Source: Candidatus Eiseniibacteriota bacterium | Lineage (GTDB): Bacteria > Eisenbacteria > RBG-16-71-46 > CAZEPH01 | Reading direction: 5' to 3' | Assembly (NCBI GenBank): GCA_044229145.1 | Contig: JBGATO010000032.1 | Coordinates: 1 to 40,828, forward strand | DNA length: 40,828 bases | Shown: positions 6,723 to 14,594 of the stretch, one piece after another | How positions within the stretch are numbered: position 1 is the stretch's first letter | Layout of the letters: the number at the start of each line of letters is the position of its first letter | The notes under the pieces: generated by a model | What the model was told of the DNA's origin: nothing | The model's database searches: none | Seen by the model: only the letters and a program-made list of their open reading frames with translations | Made by a program: the position numbers and the translations under genes

Positions 6723-9599
6723 ATGGTCATGCCGCGGCTGCATCGCATCGTGTGGTCGGCGGCAGAGTGGGTGGAGACGTTGGCGGCGATTCCGGCGGTC
6801 GGCGAGTTGCCGGCACGCACGCTGCTCGTGCCGTCGCACGAAGCCGGCCTCGGCATCCGTGATGTGGTGTTGCGCGCCGGACGGCCCGATCTCCTCGCGG
6901 GCCTGCGCATCCTGACACCGTCGCTGGCGGCGCAGGAGGTGCTGGCAGCGGCCGGCATCGCGTGGCGCGAGGGCGAGGACGATCGACGCGCGGCGCGCAT
7001 CCAGCAGGTTGCGCCGGCGCTTCCGTCCCTGCAGACGATTCCGCTCGGGGCGCTGGTCGGCGGCCAGGGATGGGATGCGGCGCTCGCCTCGGCGCTCGCA
7101 ATGCTGGAGGGTGCGTGTCTGCTGCCCACAGACCTGCGCGCCAGCGGTGAGCCGCGCGCACTCGATCTCGCGGCCGTGTGGGACGCGTGCGATGCGGCAG
7201 CAGGTCTGTCGTGGACGCGCGGCCGCATCTTGCGCGAGGCGACAACGCTTCTCGCTGACCATGCCGCCACCTGGCCGTTCGAAGGCCCGACGCTCACGGT
7301 GGCGGCCGGCGACGAACCGGCCGCGTTCGCCGCGTTCGCCGCCGCCATCGACGGCGCGCGGGTGGTGGCAGTGCCGGCGCGGCCGCTGCATCCGCGCGCG
7401 ATCGCCCGGTGGCGCACGGTGTGGGGCGCGGAAATCGCCGACGCGGTCCAGGCGGCCGCGGCACAACTCGCGCAGAGCCCCGCACGCACCGAACGCGATC
7501 GGCTCGCGCGATGGCTCTTCGCGTCGCCGGAGATCTTGCTCGGCGAGCGCGATGCGTCACCGGGCGACGACGGATCGCTGGCGCTCGAAATCCATCCGGG
7601 GATCGAGGAAGAGTGCGCCGCGGCGGTGGCGTGGGTGGCGCGCGAGATTGCCGAACACGGCACGCCACTGGCCCGCGTCGCGCTCCTGTTGCCCGCCGAC
7701 GATCCGGTGGCGGCGATCGCGATCGAGCGCCTCAGCGAACTCCCCTGGCCGGACGCCACGCCGTCGCCCTACGTCGCGGGCGGGCTGCCGTTGATCGCGC
7801 GGCCGGCCGGTGCGCGGCTCGCAGCCGCGATCGGTGCGCTCGACGACGGCAACGACGACGTTCGCTACGCCGCGTTGTGCCGCGCGCGGGACGCCACGCT
7901 GGCCGCGCAATGGGAGGCGCTGAACGCCTGGTGGACGGTGCAGGATCCGGGCGACGCGATCGCCCTCGACGCAGTGCGCGCGCAGGTTGCGCCGCTGCTC
8001 GAAGACGCGGAGCTGGCGGCGATCGCGGGTCGCGCCGCGTCGCGCCTCTTGTTGGATGCAACCGCGAACGCGCGCTGGCCGGTCGGCCGGTTCGGCGAAG
8101 GCGTCTACATCGGCACCTTGGAAAGTGCGATCGGGCTGAGTTTCGACGCCGTGCGCGTGCTCGGCCTCGCGGAGGGCAGCGTCCCGCCGGCGCCGCGGGA
8201 GCATCCGCTGCTCCACGACACACTGTGCGCCCGGCTTTCGCCGGCCTTGCCGTCGTCCGCCGACCACGGCACCACGCGGCTGCACGCCTTCGAACGCGCG
8301 GTACGAGGAGCGCAGTCGCGACTCGTGTTATCGGCGCCGTTGACCGGCGCAGATCGCGGGCAGCGATCGCCCTCCACCGTCTTCGTCGATGCAGCCACCG
8401 CGGTGCGGCGCGCGGCGAAGCAGGGCGATCCCCCGCGCGTGGCCGACGACGAGGTCCTGGCGTCGCTGTGGTTCGGCGCGCGGGGCGCGGCGGAGGACGC
8501 GACACCGACCGCACGCCAGGCCGCGCGCCGCGCCGCACAACGCCGCACGACGCCGGCAGCCTGGAGCGACGGTGGGCCGTGGGACGTGACGCGCGCGCGC
8601 GCACTCGCCGCCGGCGAACCGCTGGTGCACACGCCGGATGTGCCGGACACACTGTTGCCGGGTCTCACGCCGTCGCGTGCGTTGTCGGCGAGCGCGGCGC
8701 AGGCGCTCGTGGCATGTCCGCGGGCCTTCCTCTTCGAGCGCGTGCTCGGGTGGCACCAGCTCGAGGAGACTCCCTCACCGTACGCCTTGTCGCCGCTCGA
8801 GTATGGGCAGTTGCTGCACGCGGCGCTGCAACGATTCAGCGAAGCGCACGGCGAGGCGTTCGGCGCGCGCGAGGGCACGCTCGAGACGTGGATCGACCGC
8901 GCGGTGGCGATCGGCATCGCCGAGATGCAGGCACACGTCCGCGCGCGGCAGTTGCGGGGCGCGTCGGTGCGCACCGCGCTCGAGCAACGGCTGTCCGCCG
9001 ATGTGCGGTCGCTGATACGCTACGACTGGAATCGCGGACGGCCACGCCGTTTCGTGGCCACCGAGCGCGCCTTCGGCGAAGACGCGCCACTCGCGCTCAC
9101 GCGCGCCGGCGGCGTGTTCGTCCGCGGCCGGCTCGACCGCTTGGACGTCGAAGGCGATGTCAGTCTGCTGCGCGACTTCAAGTCGGGCCGCGCTCATCCG
9201 CGCGACACCGACGACTACGAAGTGCCGTACGACATGCAACTCGGTCTCTACCTCCTCGTGTTGGAGCAGCTCGCCGATGTGTGGGGCGTGCCGGCGCGCG
9301 CCATCGCGGCATACGTCTACCCTGGCCACGCCGCCGATCACGAACGCGCCTTCCGCGCCGACGCCGCGAATCTCGCGGCTGCCACCCGCGAGTGGCTGGC
9401 GGTGTGCCGCGCGCTTCTCGACGACCGCGCGTTTCCGCAGACACCGGAGGCCGCGACCTGCGAGCGCTGCGCCTTCCGCCGCGTGTGCGGCGAGCAGGCA
9501 CCGGCGCGCGCGGCTGCCGCGCTGGGTGACGCCACCGGCGCCGGGCGCGCGTTCGCGCAGATGTGGCGCGCCGGCGACGAGGCGGAGGACGACGCGTGA
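6723..9599 (+). CDS. addB: AddB/RexB-like subunit: inactive helicase scaffold plus C-terminal PD-(D/E)XK nuclease with 4-Cys Fe-S staple
   Basis: LSAS...ACPRAFLFERVLG; GQLLHAAL; RGRLDRLD...DFKSG...QLGLY; terminal CERCAFRRVC; directly upstream of a UvrD helicase-nuclease. Confidence 0.8.
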   Translation: MVMPRLHRIVWSAAEWVETLAAIPAVGELPARTLLVPSHEAGLGIRDVVLRAGRPDLLAGLRILTPSLAAQEVLAAAGIAWREGEDDRRAARIQQVAPALPSLQTIPLGALVGGQGWDAALASALAMLEGACLLPTDLRASGEPRALDLAAVWDACDAAAGLSWTRGRILREATTLLADHAATWPFEGPTLTVAAGDEPAAFAAFAAAIDGARVVAVPARPLHPRAIARWRTVWGAEIADAVQAAAAQLAQSPARTERDRLARWLFASPEILLGERDASPGDDGSLALEIHPGIEEECAAAVAWVAREIAEHGTPLARVALLLPADDPVAAIAIERLSELPWPDATPSPYVAGGLPLIARPAGARLAAAIGALDDGNDDVRYAALCRARDATLAAQWEALNAWWTVQDPGDAIALDAVRAQVAPLLEDAELAAIAGRAASRLLLDATANARWPVGRFGEGVYIGTLESAIGLSFDAVRVLGLAEGSVPPAPREHPLLHDTLCARLSPALPSSADHGTTRLHAFERAVRGAQSRLVLSAPLTGADRGQRSPSTVFVDAATAVRRAAKQGDPPRVADDEVLASLWFGARGAAEDATPTARQAARRAAQRRTTPAAWSDGGPWDVTRARALAAGEPLVHTPDVPDTLLPGLTPSRALSASAAQALVACPRAFLFERVLGWHQLEETPSPYALSPLEYGQLLHAALQRFSEAHGEAFGAREGTLETWIDRAVAIGIAEMQAHVRARQLRGASVRTALEQRLSADVRSLIRYDWNRGRPRRFVATERAFGEDAPLALTRAGGVFVRGRLDRLDVEGDVSLLRDFKSGRAHPRDTDDYEVPYDMQLGLYLLVLEQLADVWGVPARAIAAYVYPGHAADHERAFRADAANLAAATREWLAVCRALLDDRAFPQTPEAATCERCAFRRVCGEQAPARAAAALGDATGAGRAFAQMWRAGDEAEDDA

Positions 9600-12500
9600 G
9601 CGGGCGCCGCGGAGCACCAGACCAGGCCATCCGCGACGCGGTGATCGCCGAACGCGCGCGCAACGTGCTGCTCGATGCCGGCGCGGGCGGCGGCAAGACC
9701 AGTTTGCTGGTCGCCCGTCTCGTCGACCTCGTCGCGCCGTCCGATGCTGCGTGCCTGCCCATCGCGATCGAGCGCATCGCGGCGGTGACATTCACGCGCC
9801 GCGCCGCGGGCGAGCTCGCGCTCCGCGTGCGGCAGGCCTTGCTCGCGGTGCTCGCCGACGCGGCGCGCGAACCGCGCCGCGCCGCGCTCGCGGCAGACGC
9901 ACTCGCCGCGCTCGACACGGCGGCGATCGGCACCATCCACAGCGTCGCCGATCGTCTGCTGCGCCGCTTTCCGCTCGAGGCCGGACTCAGCCCCGCCTTC
10001 ACGCTTCAAGACGACATCGAGTCGCTGGTCGCTGAGACGTTCGCGATGCTGCACGACGCCTGTGAGGCGGGAGCGCTCAGTGCCCTCGTGGACACGGATG
10101 TCGATGCGGCTCTCGTGCGCGAAGCCGAGGACACCTTCCGCGCGGCGTTCGAGGCGCGGCTGCCGCTCGAACCCGCGGACGTCACGCGCTTCAACGCGCA
10201 GCTCGGGCTGTCGGACCTGCTGCGCGCGTGGATCGAACAGCGCGATCGCACTCCCGCCGCGCCCGCCCTACCAGCGTTCGCCCGCGCCGCGTTCGCAGGC
10301 ATGGTCGCGCAGTTCCGCCGCGGCGCAGGCGAACTCGCGGGCACCACGCCCGGTGTGCGCTGGTTCAAGCGCATGTGCGACGTGCTCGACGACATCTCGC
10401 TCGACGACGACGCGATCGCGCTCTACGCCCAGATGGCACACACGCTCGGACGTCCGCCGGCGTACAAGAAAGGCGATCACTTCGACAACGATCGCGATGC
10501 TTGGGCGTTCTACAAGCTCTACACCGACAAGGCGAAGACCGGCGAGGAGTCGCTGCGCGATCGCTTGATGGCGCCGCTCGAAGCCGAGATGGCGGCCCGC
10601 CTGGCACGCGCGCGCCCGGTTGCCTTGGCGCTCTACGAGCGGGTGAAGGCGCGCCACCGGGTAGCGGATCAGGTCGACTTGCTCGTGAAGTTGCGCGACG
10701 TGTTGCGCGATCACCTCGACGTGCGGCGCGCCCTCCAAGAACGCTTCGCGCACATCTTCGTCGACGAATTCCAGGATACCGATCCGCTTCAGGCGGAGAT
10801 CCTGCTGTACCTGTGCGAGGACGGACAGCGCGCGCGCGAATGGCGCGAAGTGCGCGTGGCGCCCGGCCGGCTCACCGTGGTCGGCGATCCGCAACAGTCG
10901 ATCTACCGCTTCCGCCGCGCCGACCTCCGCGTGTACGACGCCGTGCGCGACGTGCTCGCGCGCGGCGACTGCCTGCACGCGACCTTGTCCGCCAACTTCC
11001 GCAGCGATCCGGCGCTGATCGACTGGTGCAATGCCAGCTTCGCCGAGATCTTCGCGCAGGCGGAGAGCGGCGGCATCGCGCACGCGCCGATGCGCGCCGG
11101 GCGCCCGGCCGGTGGCGATGCGCCTCGTGTCCGCATCCTCACGGTGGAACTCGGTGCGCCGAAGGAGCCGGTCCGGCTCACCCGCGCGCGCGAAGCGGAG
11201 TGCCTCGCGGCGACGCTCCGCGGTCTCGTCGACGGCGGCGCGACGCAGATCGCCGACCCGCGCGACGGCGCGCTGCGGCCGATGCGATACGGCGACATTG
11301 CGGTCCTCGCGCTGACCACGACATCGCTGCGGCTTCTGCTGGATGCCTTCGATCGCGCCGGGATTCCGTTCACCGCGAGCGGAGGCACGCTGTTCACCGG
11401 CGAACCGTTGCATCGCCGCTTCGCTCTCGCGCTGTGTGCGCTCGCCGATCCTGACGATGGCCCGGCGATGGCCTCGCTGGCGCAGGCGCCCTTCAGCGCG
11501 GTGAGTCTCGCGGAATGGGCGGCGTGGCGGGCGCAGCAGCCGTCGCCGCGCGCCGCGGCGGTCGACGCATGGATTGCCGACCTGCGCGCGACGGCGCGCA
11601 CGCAGCCGGTGGGCGCCACGGTGCGCGCGTTGCTCGAACGCACGGCGTGCGAGCGCGTCGTCGCCACACTGCCGAACGGCGCGGTCCGGCTGGCGCGGCT
11701 GCGCGATTTCGCACTGGAGCTCGAAGTGCACGCGCTGCGCCATGGCTTCGATCTCGCGGCGCTCGCCGCCGATATCCGGCCGTGGGCGGAGACGCCGCCG
11801 GCGGTCACGCCGGCACCACTGTCCGAGACGGCCGCAGTCCACGTGCTCACGGTGCACCAAGCCAAAGGACTCGAGTGGCCGGTGGTCGCACTGTGGGACG
11901 CGCGGCGCAAACTCGACGACCAACCGCGCCGCACGGCGTGGCGCGTGACGCCAGACGATCGCGCGTGGGCGCTGTCGGTCGGCGGTTTGACATGGGAGGA
12001 GCCGCGCGGCGGCGCGATCCTCCAGTTCGAGAAGGAGCAGGATCGCGCCGAGCGCCGCCGTCTGCTCTACGTCGCGGTGACGCGGGCGCGCGAGATGTTG
12101 ATCGTGCCACGGGTGGGCGCGGAGACATCGCTGCGTTTCGTGCCGAACTATCTGCTCGCCGCTTCGCCGCCGGAGAGTGTGGGCGAGATCGCGCCGCTTC
12201 ACGTGCCGGCGCCGGCGGACCGGCAACCGGAGCCACGCGCGGCGGAGGAAGACGAGACATCGCACACCGCTTGGCGCGACGCTGCAGCGCGCGCGGTGGT
12301 ACCGCGTGCGGTGCCGATCAGCGTGACCGCATTCGCGCATCGGGACGACCCGCCGCGCGCCGGACGCCACGGCGCGTGGTTCGGAAGCGTGGTGCATCGC
12401 GCGATCGCCGCGACCTTCACGCGCCGCGCACCGGATGCCGTGACGGCGGTGGCACGCGCCGACGCGCTGCAGCAACTCGGCACGGTCGCGCGTGCGGACG

Positions 12501-12859
12501 CGGCGGCCGATGTGGTGCGCGCGTGCGCCGCGTTGCAGGGCTACGCGTCATTGCCCGACGGCGGAGTGCGGTTCGAGTACGCGCTGGCGGGATGGGGTGA
12601 GGCGGGCGCGGCGCTCCTGCACGGCGTTGCCGATTTCGTGGCCGTGACGGCGGCGTCCATCGACCTCGTCGACTTCAAGACGGACACGCCGCCGGACGGC
12701 GAGGCATTCGGAGACGGATACGCGCACTACGTCGCGCAGGTGCGCGAGTACGCGCGGCTGCTACGCGAGAGCGGCGTGGCGGGATTGCGGCCGGTGCGCG
12801 CGGGGTTGTTGTTCACCGCGGACGGCATGCTGCGCTGGATCGACGAACCCGCGGGCTGA
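9596..12859 (+). CDS. addA: AddA/RexA-like UvrD-family helicase with C-terminal RecB-type nuclease
   Basis: Walker A AGAGGGKT; TFTRRAA; TIHS; VDEFQDT; VGDPQQSIYRFR; NFRS; TVHQAKGLEW; LYVAVTRA; nuclease GVADFV...DFKTD...QVREY; GTGA overlap with addB. Confidence 0.88.
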   Translation: MSGRRGAPDQAIRDAVIAERARNVLLDAGAGGGKTSLLVARLVDLVAPSDAACLPIAIERIAAVTFTRRAAGELALRVRQALLAVLADAAREPRRAALAADALAALDTAAIGTIHSVADRLLRRFPLEAGLSPAFTLQDDIESLVAETFAMLHDACEAGALSALVDTDVDAALVREAEDTFRAAFEARLPLEPADVTRFNAQLGLSDLLRAWIEQRDRTPAAPALPAFARAAFAGMVAQFRRGAGELAGTTPGVRWFKRMCDVLDDISLDDDAIALYAQMAHTLGRPPAYKKGDHFDNDRDAWAFYKLYTDKAKTGEESLRDRLMAPLEAEMAARLARARPVALALYERVKARHRVADQVDLLVKLRDVLRDHLDVRRALQERFAHIFVDEFQDTDPLQAEILLYLCEDGQRAREWREVRVAPGRLTVVGDPQQSIYRFRRADLRVYDAVRDVLARGDCLHATLSANFRSDPALIDWCNASFAEIFAQAESGGIAHAPMRAGRPAGGDAPRVRILTVELGAPKEPVRLTRAREAECLAATLRGLVDGGATQIADPRDGALRPMRYGDIAVLALTTTSLRLLLDAFDRAGIPFTASGGTLFTGEPLHRRFALALCALADPDDGPAMASLAQAPFSAVSLAEWAAWRAQQPSPRAAAVDAWIADLRATARTQPVGATVRALLERTACERVVATLPNGAVRLARLRDFALELEVHALRHGFDLAALAADIRPWAETPPAVTPAPLSETAAVHVLTVHQAKGLEWPVVALWDARRKLDDQPRRTAWRVTPDDRAWALSVGGLTWEEPRGGAILQFEKEQDRAERRRLLYVAVTRAREMLIVPRVGAETSLRFVPNYLLAASPPESVGEIAPLHVPAPADRQPEPRAAEEDETSHTAWRDAAARAVVPRAVPISVTAFAHRDDPPRAGRHGAWFGSVVHRAIAATFTRRAPDAVTAVARADALQQLGTVARADAAADVVRACAALQGYASLPDGGVRFEYALAGWGEAGAALLHGVADFVAVTAASIDLVDFKTDTPPDGEAFGDGYAHYVAQVREYARLLRESGVAGLRPVRAGLLFTADGMLRWIDEPAG

Positions 12860-12865
12860 CGACGG

Positions 12866-13381
12866 CTACGACGCGGGCGGAGATCCGAACTGACGGGCGC
12901 CGCGTTCCTCGCGCGGCGAGGCGGGAGTCGAGGGCTCCCCGACATGACGGCGCGCTGCGCTGCCCCCGGCGAATCCGCCGAGCAATTGCACGCCGCACGC
13001 GGCGAGGTAGAGCATGCGGTACGGCACCGGCGCGGCGAACAGCGCGGCGCATGTGAACGCCGCGCACGACACGCCGATCAGCAAGCCGTGGAGGTCGTGG
13101 CGATCCGACACGCTGCGGCCGACCCAGTAGCCCGCCAAATACGACGCGGCTGCACCAAATGTCGGCGCCAGGGCAGCGGAGAGGCGTTCCGGGGTCAGCG
13201 CGGGCGGAACCTGCCCCGCAAGGTGCGGCGCGTACCGCCCCCACACGGCGGCGACCGCACGCATGCCGCCAAGCGTCGCCAACTCGGCAAGTGCAGCGGC
13301 CGCGACGACGCGCCGGATGTGCACGCGCTCGCGGCGTGGGAGAATCTGTTCGGTACCGGGAAACGGAATGATCTGCGCCAC
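12866..13381 (-). CDS. Small hypothetical membrane protein (about 4 hydrophobic segments)
   Basis: GTG 13381 preceded by GAGGAG; hydrophobic stretches (VVAAAALAELATLGG, LAPTFGAAASYLAGYWVG, LHGLLIGVSCAAFTCAALF, LYLAACGVQLLGGFAGG). Confidence 0.65.
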   Translation of the reverse strand: MAQIIPFPGTEQILPRRERVHIRRVVAAAALAELATLGGMRAVAAVWGRYAPHLAGQVPPALTPERLSAALAPTFGAAASYLAGYWVGRSVSDRHDLHGLLIGVSCAAFTCAALFAAPVPYRMLYLAACGVQLLGGFAGGSAARRHVGEPSTPASPREERGARQFGSPPAS

Positions 13382-13568
13382 GGCCGCTCTCCTCTGGCGT
13401 GGGTGAAGCGGGGATAGGTGACGGTGTGCGCGTGGTGAGGGATCGGGAGAGGACACTCGCTGTCGAGGCGTCCGCGCACTCGGGGGATCACCGGAGTTAA
13501 CTTTGACGAACTTTCCGCAGGCTGGCAAGCAACGAATCTGCGAGAGTCGCGCGAATTGTGAGGCGCAC

Positions 13569-14039
13569 CTAAGATCGGAGGGTGGCCACGAGCCGCTTGG
13601 GGTGAAGCAGCAGGCCGATGGCCTCGACCACCGACCCGCACACGACATCCGCGGCCGCCCACGTCTCGGCGGACGCGCCTTCGCCTTGCACCACTGCGAT
13701 CCCGAGCCCCGCCGCCGAGAGCATGAGTCGATCGTTGCGGCCATTGCCGATCGCCACCACCGAAGCCGCGCCGAGTGCTTCGACGAACGCCTGCTTCTGC
13801 TCGGCCTGGGCGCCTGGGGTGGCGATCGTCAACTCCACCGGCCAGCCGGCCATTTGCGCCGTGGCGAGACCGAACGTATCCGCCGTCAGCACGTGCACAC
13901 GAAGCTGCAGGGCCAGCGACCGCACGGCCTCCGCCACGCCCGGCAGCGGCACACCGTCCACCGCCAACGTCCCGTTGTAGTCGAACACCGCGTGCTCGAT
14001 GCGCAGCGCGCCGAAATCCGGAATGTCGATTGCAATCAT
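13569..14039 (-). CDS. HAD-superfamily hydrolase, soluble P-type ATPase-like
   Basis: FDYNGTLAVDG (motif I), LTADTFG, K, IGNGRNDRLML; typical IDIP..G.L.I N-terminus; GGAGG SD. Confidence 0.88.
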   Translation of the reverse strand: MIAIDIPDFGALRIEHAVFDYNGTLAVDGVPLPGVAEAVRSLALQLRVHVLTADTFGLATAQMAGWPVELTIATPGAQAEQKQAFVEALGAASVVAIGNGRNDRLMLSAAGLGIAVVQGEGASAETWAAADVVCGSVVEAIGLLLHPKRLVATLRS

Positions 14040-14106
14040 GACGCCTCCCTCTTCGCAGGAGGCATGCTACCCGCTCACGCGTGACCACGCGAGCGTAGCG
14101 ATTCCG

Positions 14107-14292
14107 CTAGCGCAACCCCGCCTTGCGCAGGATCGAGATCATCGGGCACCAGTGCGTGAACGCCGACTGGAGCAAGTTGAGTCCCACGAACGCCGTAAAC
14201 GCGAACCACCACGGATTCACCCACACGCCCAACGCCACAGACACCAACACGAACGTGCCGGCAATGGCACGCAATGCTTCTTCGAGTCTCAT
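14107..14292 (-). CDS. DUF2892/YgaP-like small membrane protein
   Basis: LRAIAGTFVLVSVALG...WFAFTAFVGLNLLQSAFTHWCPM, the two-helix plus WCP signature; GGAGG SD. Confidence 0.9.
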   Translation of the reverse strand: MRLEEALRAIAGTFVLVSVALGVWVNPWWFAFTAFVGLNLLQSAFTHWCPMISILRKAGLR

Positions 14293-14306
14293 GCTTCCCT
14301 CCGCTT

Positions 14307-14594
14307 TCACGCCACCCGTTCGACCGGGACGACCACGAACCGCGTGACGCTGTCATGTCGTGCATCACGGCGGGCGACCAACATGTCGAGGAGACGATGG
14401 ACCTCGTCGTCGTCGCCCATGACCCACAGCGCCACCAAGGAACCGGGATGCACGCGGTTTCCGGCGTGGATGCCGGTGTGGCCCGCGCCCTCGAGGACCG
14501 GCATCAGCGTGTAGCCGGGCGCATGCGCCGCCGCGAGATCCGCCTTCACGTCGTCGAGGAACGCCGCATCGATGACGCCGAGCACCATCTTCAC
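14307..14594 (-). CDS. PII-like, RND-transporter-associated small protein
   Basis: 95 aa; PII-fold pattern (M)KMVLGVI...LDDVKADL...GYTLMPVLEGAG...VMGDDDEV...FVVVPVE; GTG overlaps the RND stop (GTGA), with a GGAGG SD. Confidence 0.75.
   Translation of the reverse strand: MKMVLGVIDAAFLDDVKADLAAAHAPGYTLMPVLEGAGHTGIHAGNRVHPGSLVALWVMGDDDEVHRLLDMLVARRDARHDSVTRFVVVPVERVA

Noticed and set aside
8660..9599. Cas4-like Fe-S nuclease suggesting a CRISPR or anti-phage locus
   Set aside because: It is the C-terminal domain of an AddB-like protein paired with AddA. No cas genes, repeat-spacer array or defence-island context is present.
7409..12475. Long overlapping or antisense ORFs (7409-9529 plus, 10268-12475 minus; likewise 14840-16774 and 24371-26524)
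   Set aside because: Shadow ORFs expected at high GC. They have no motifs and overlap well-supported genes.
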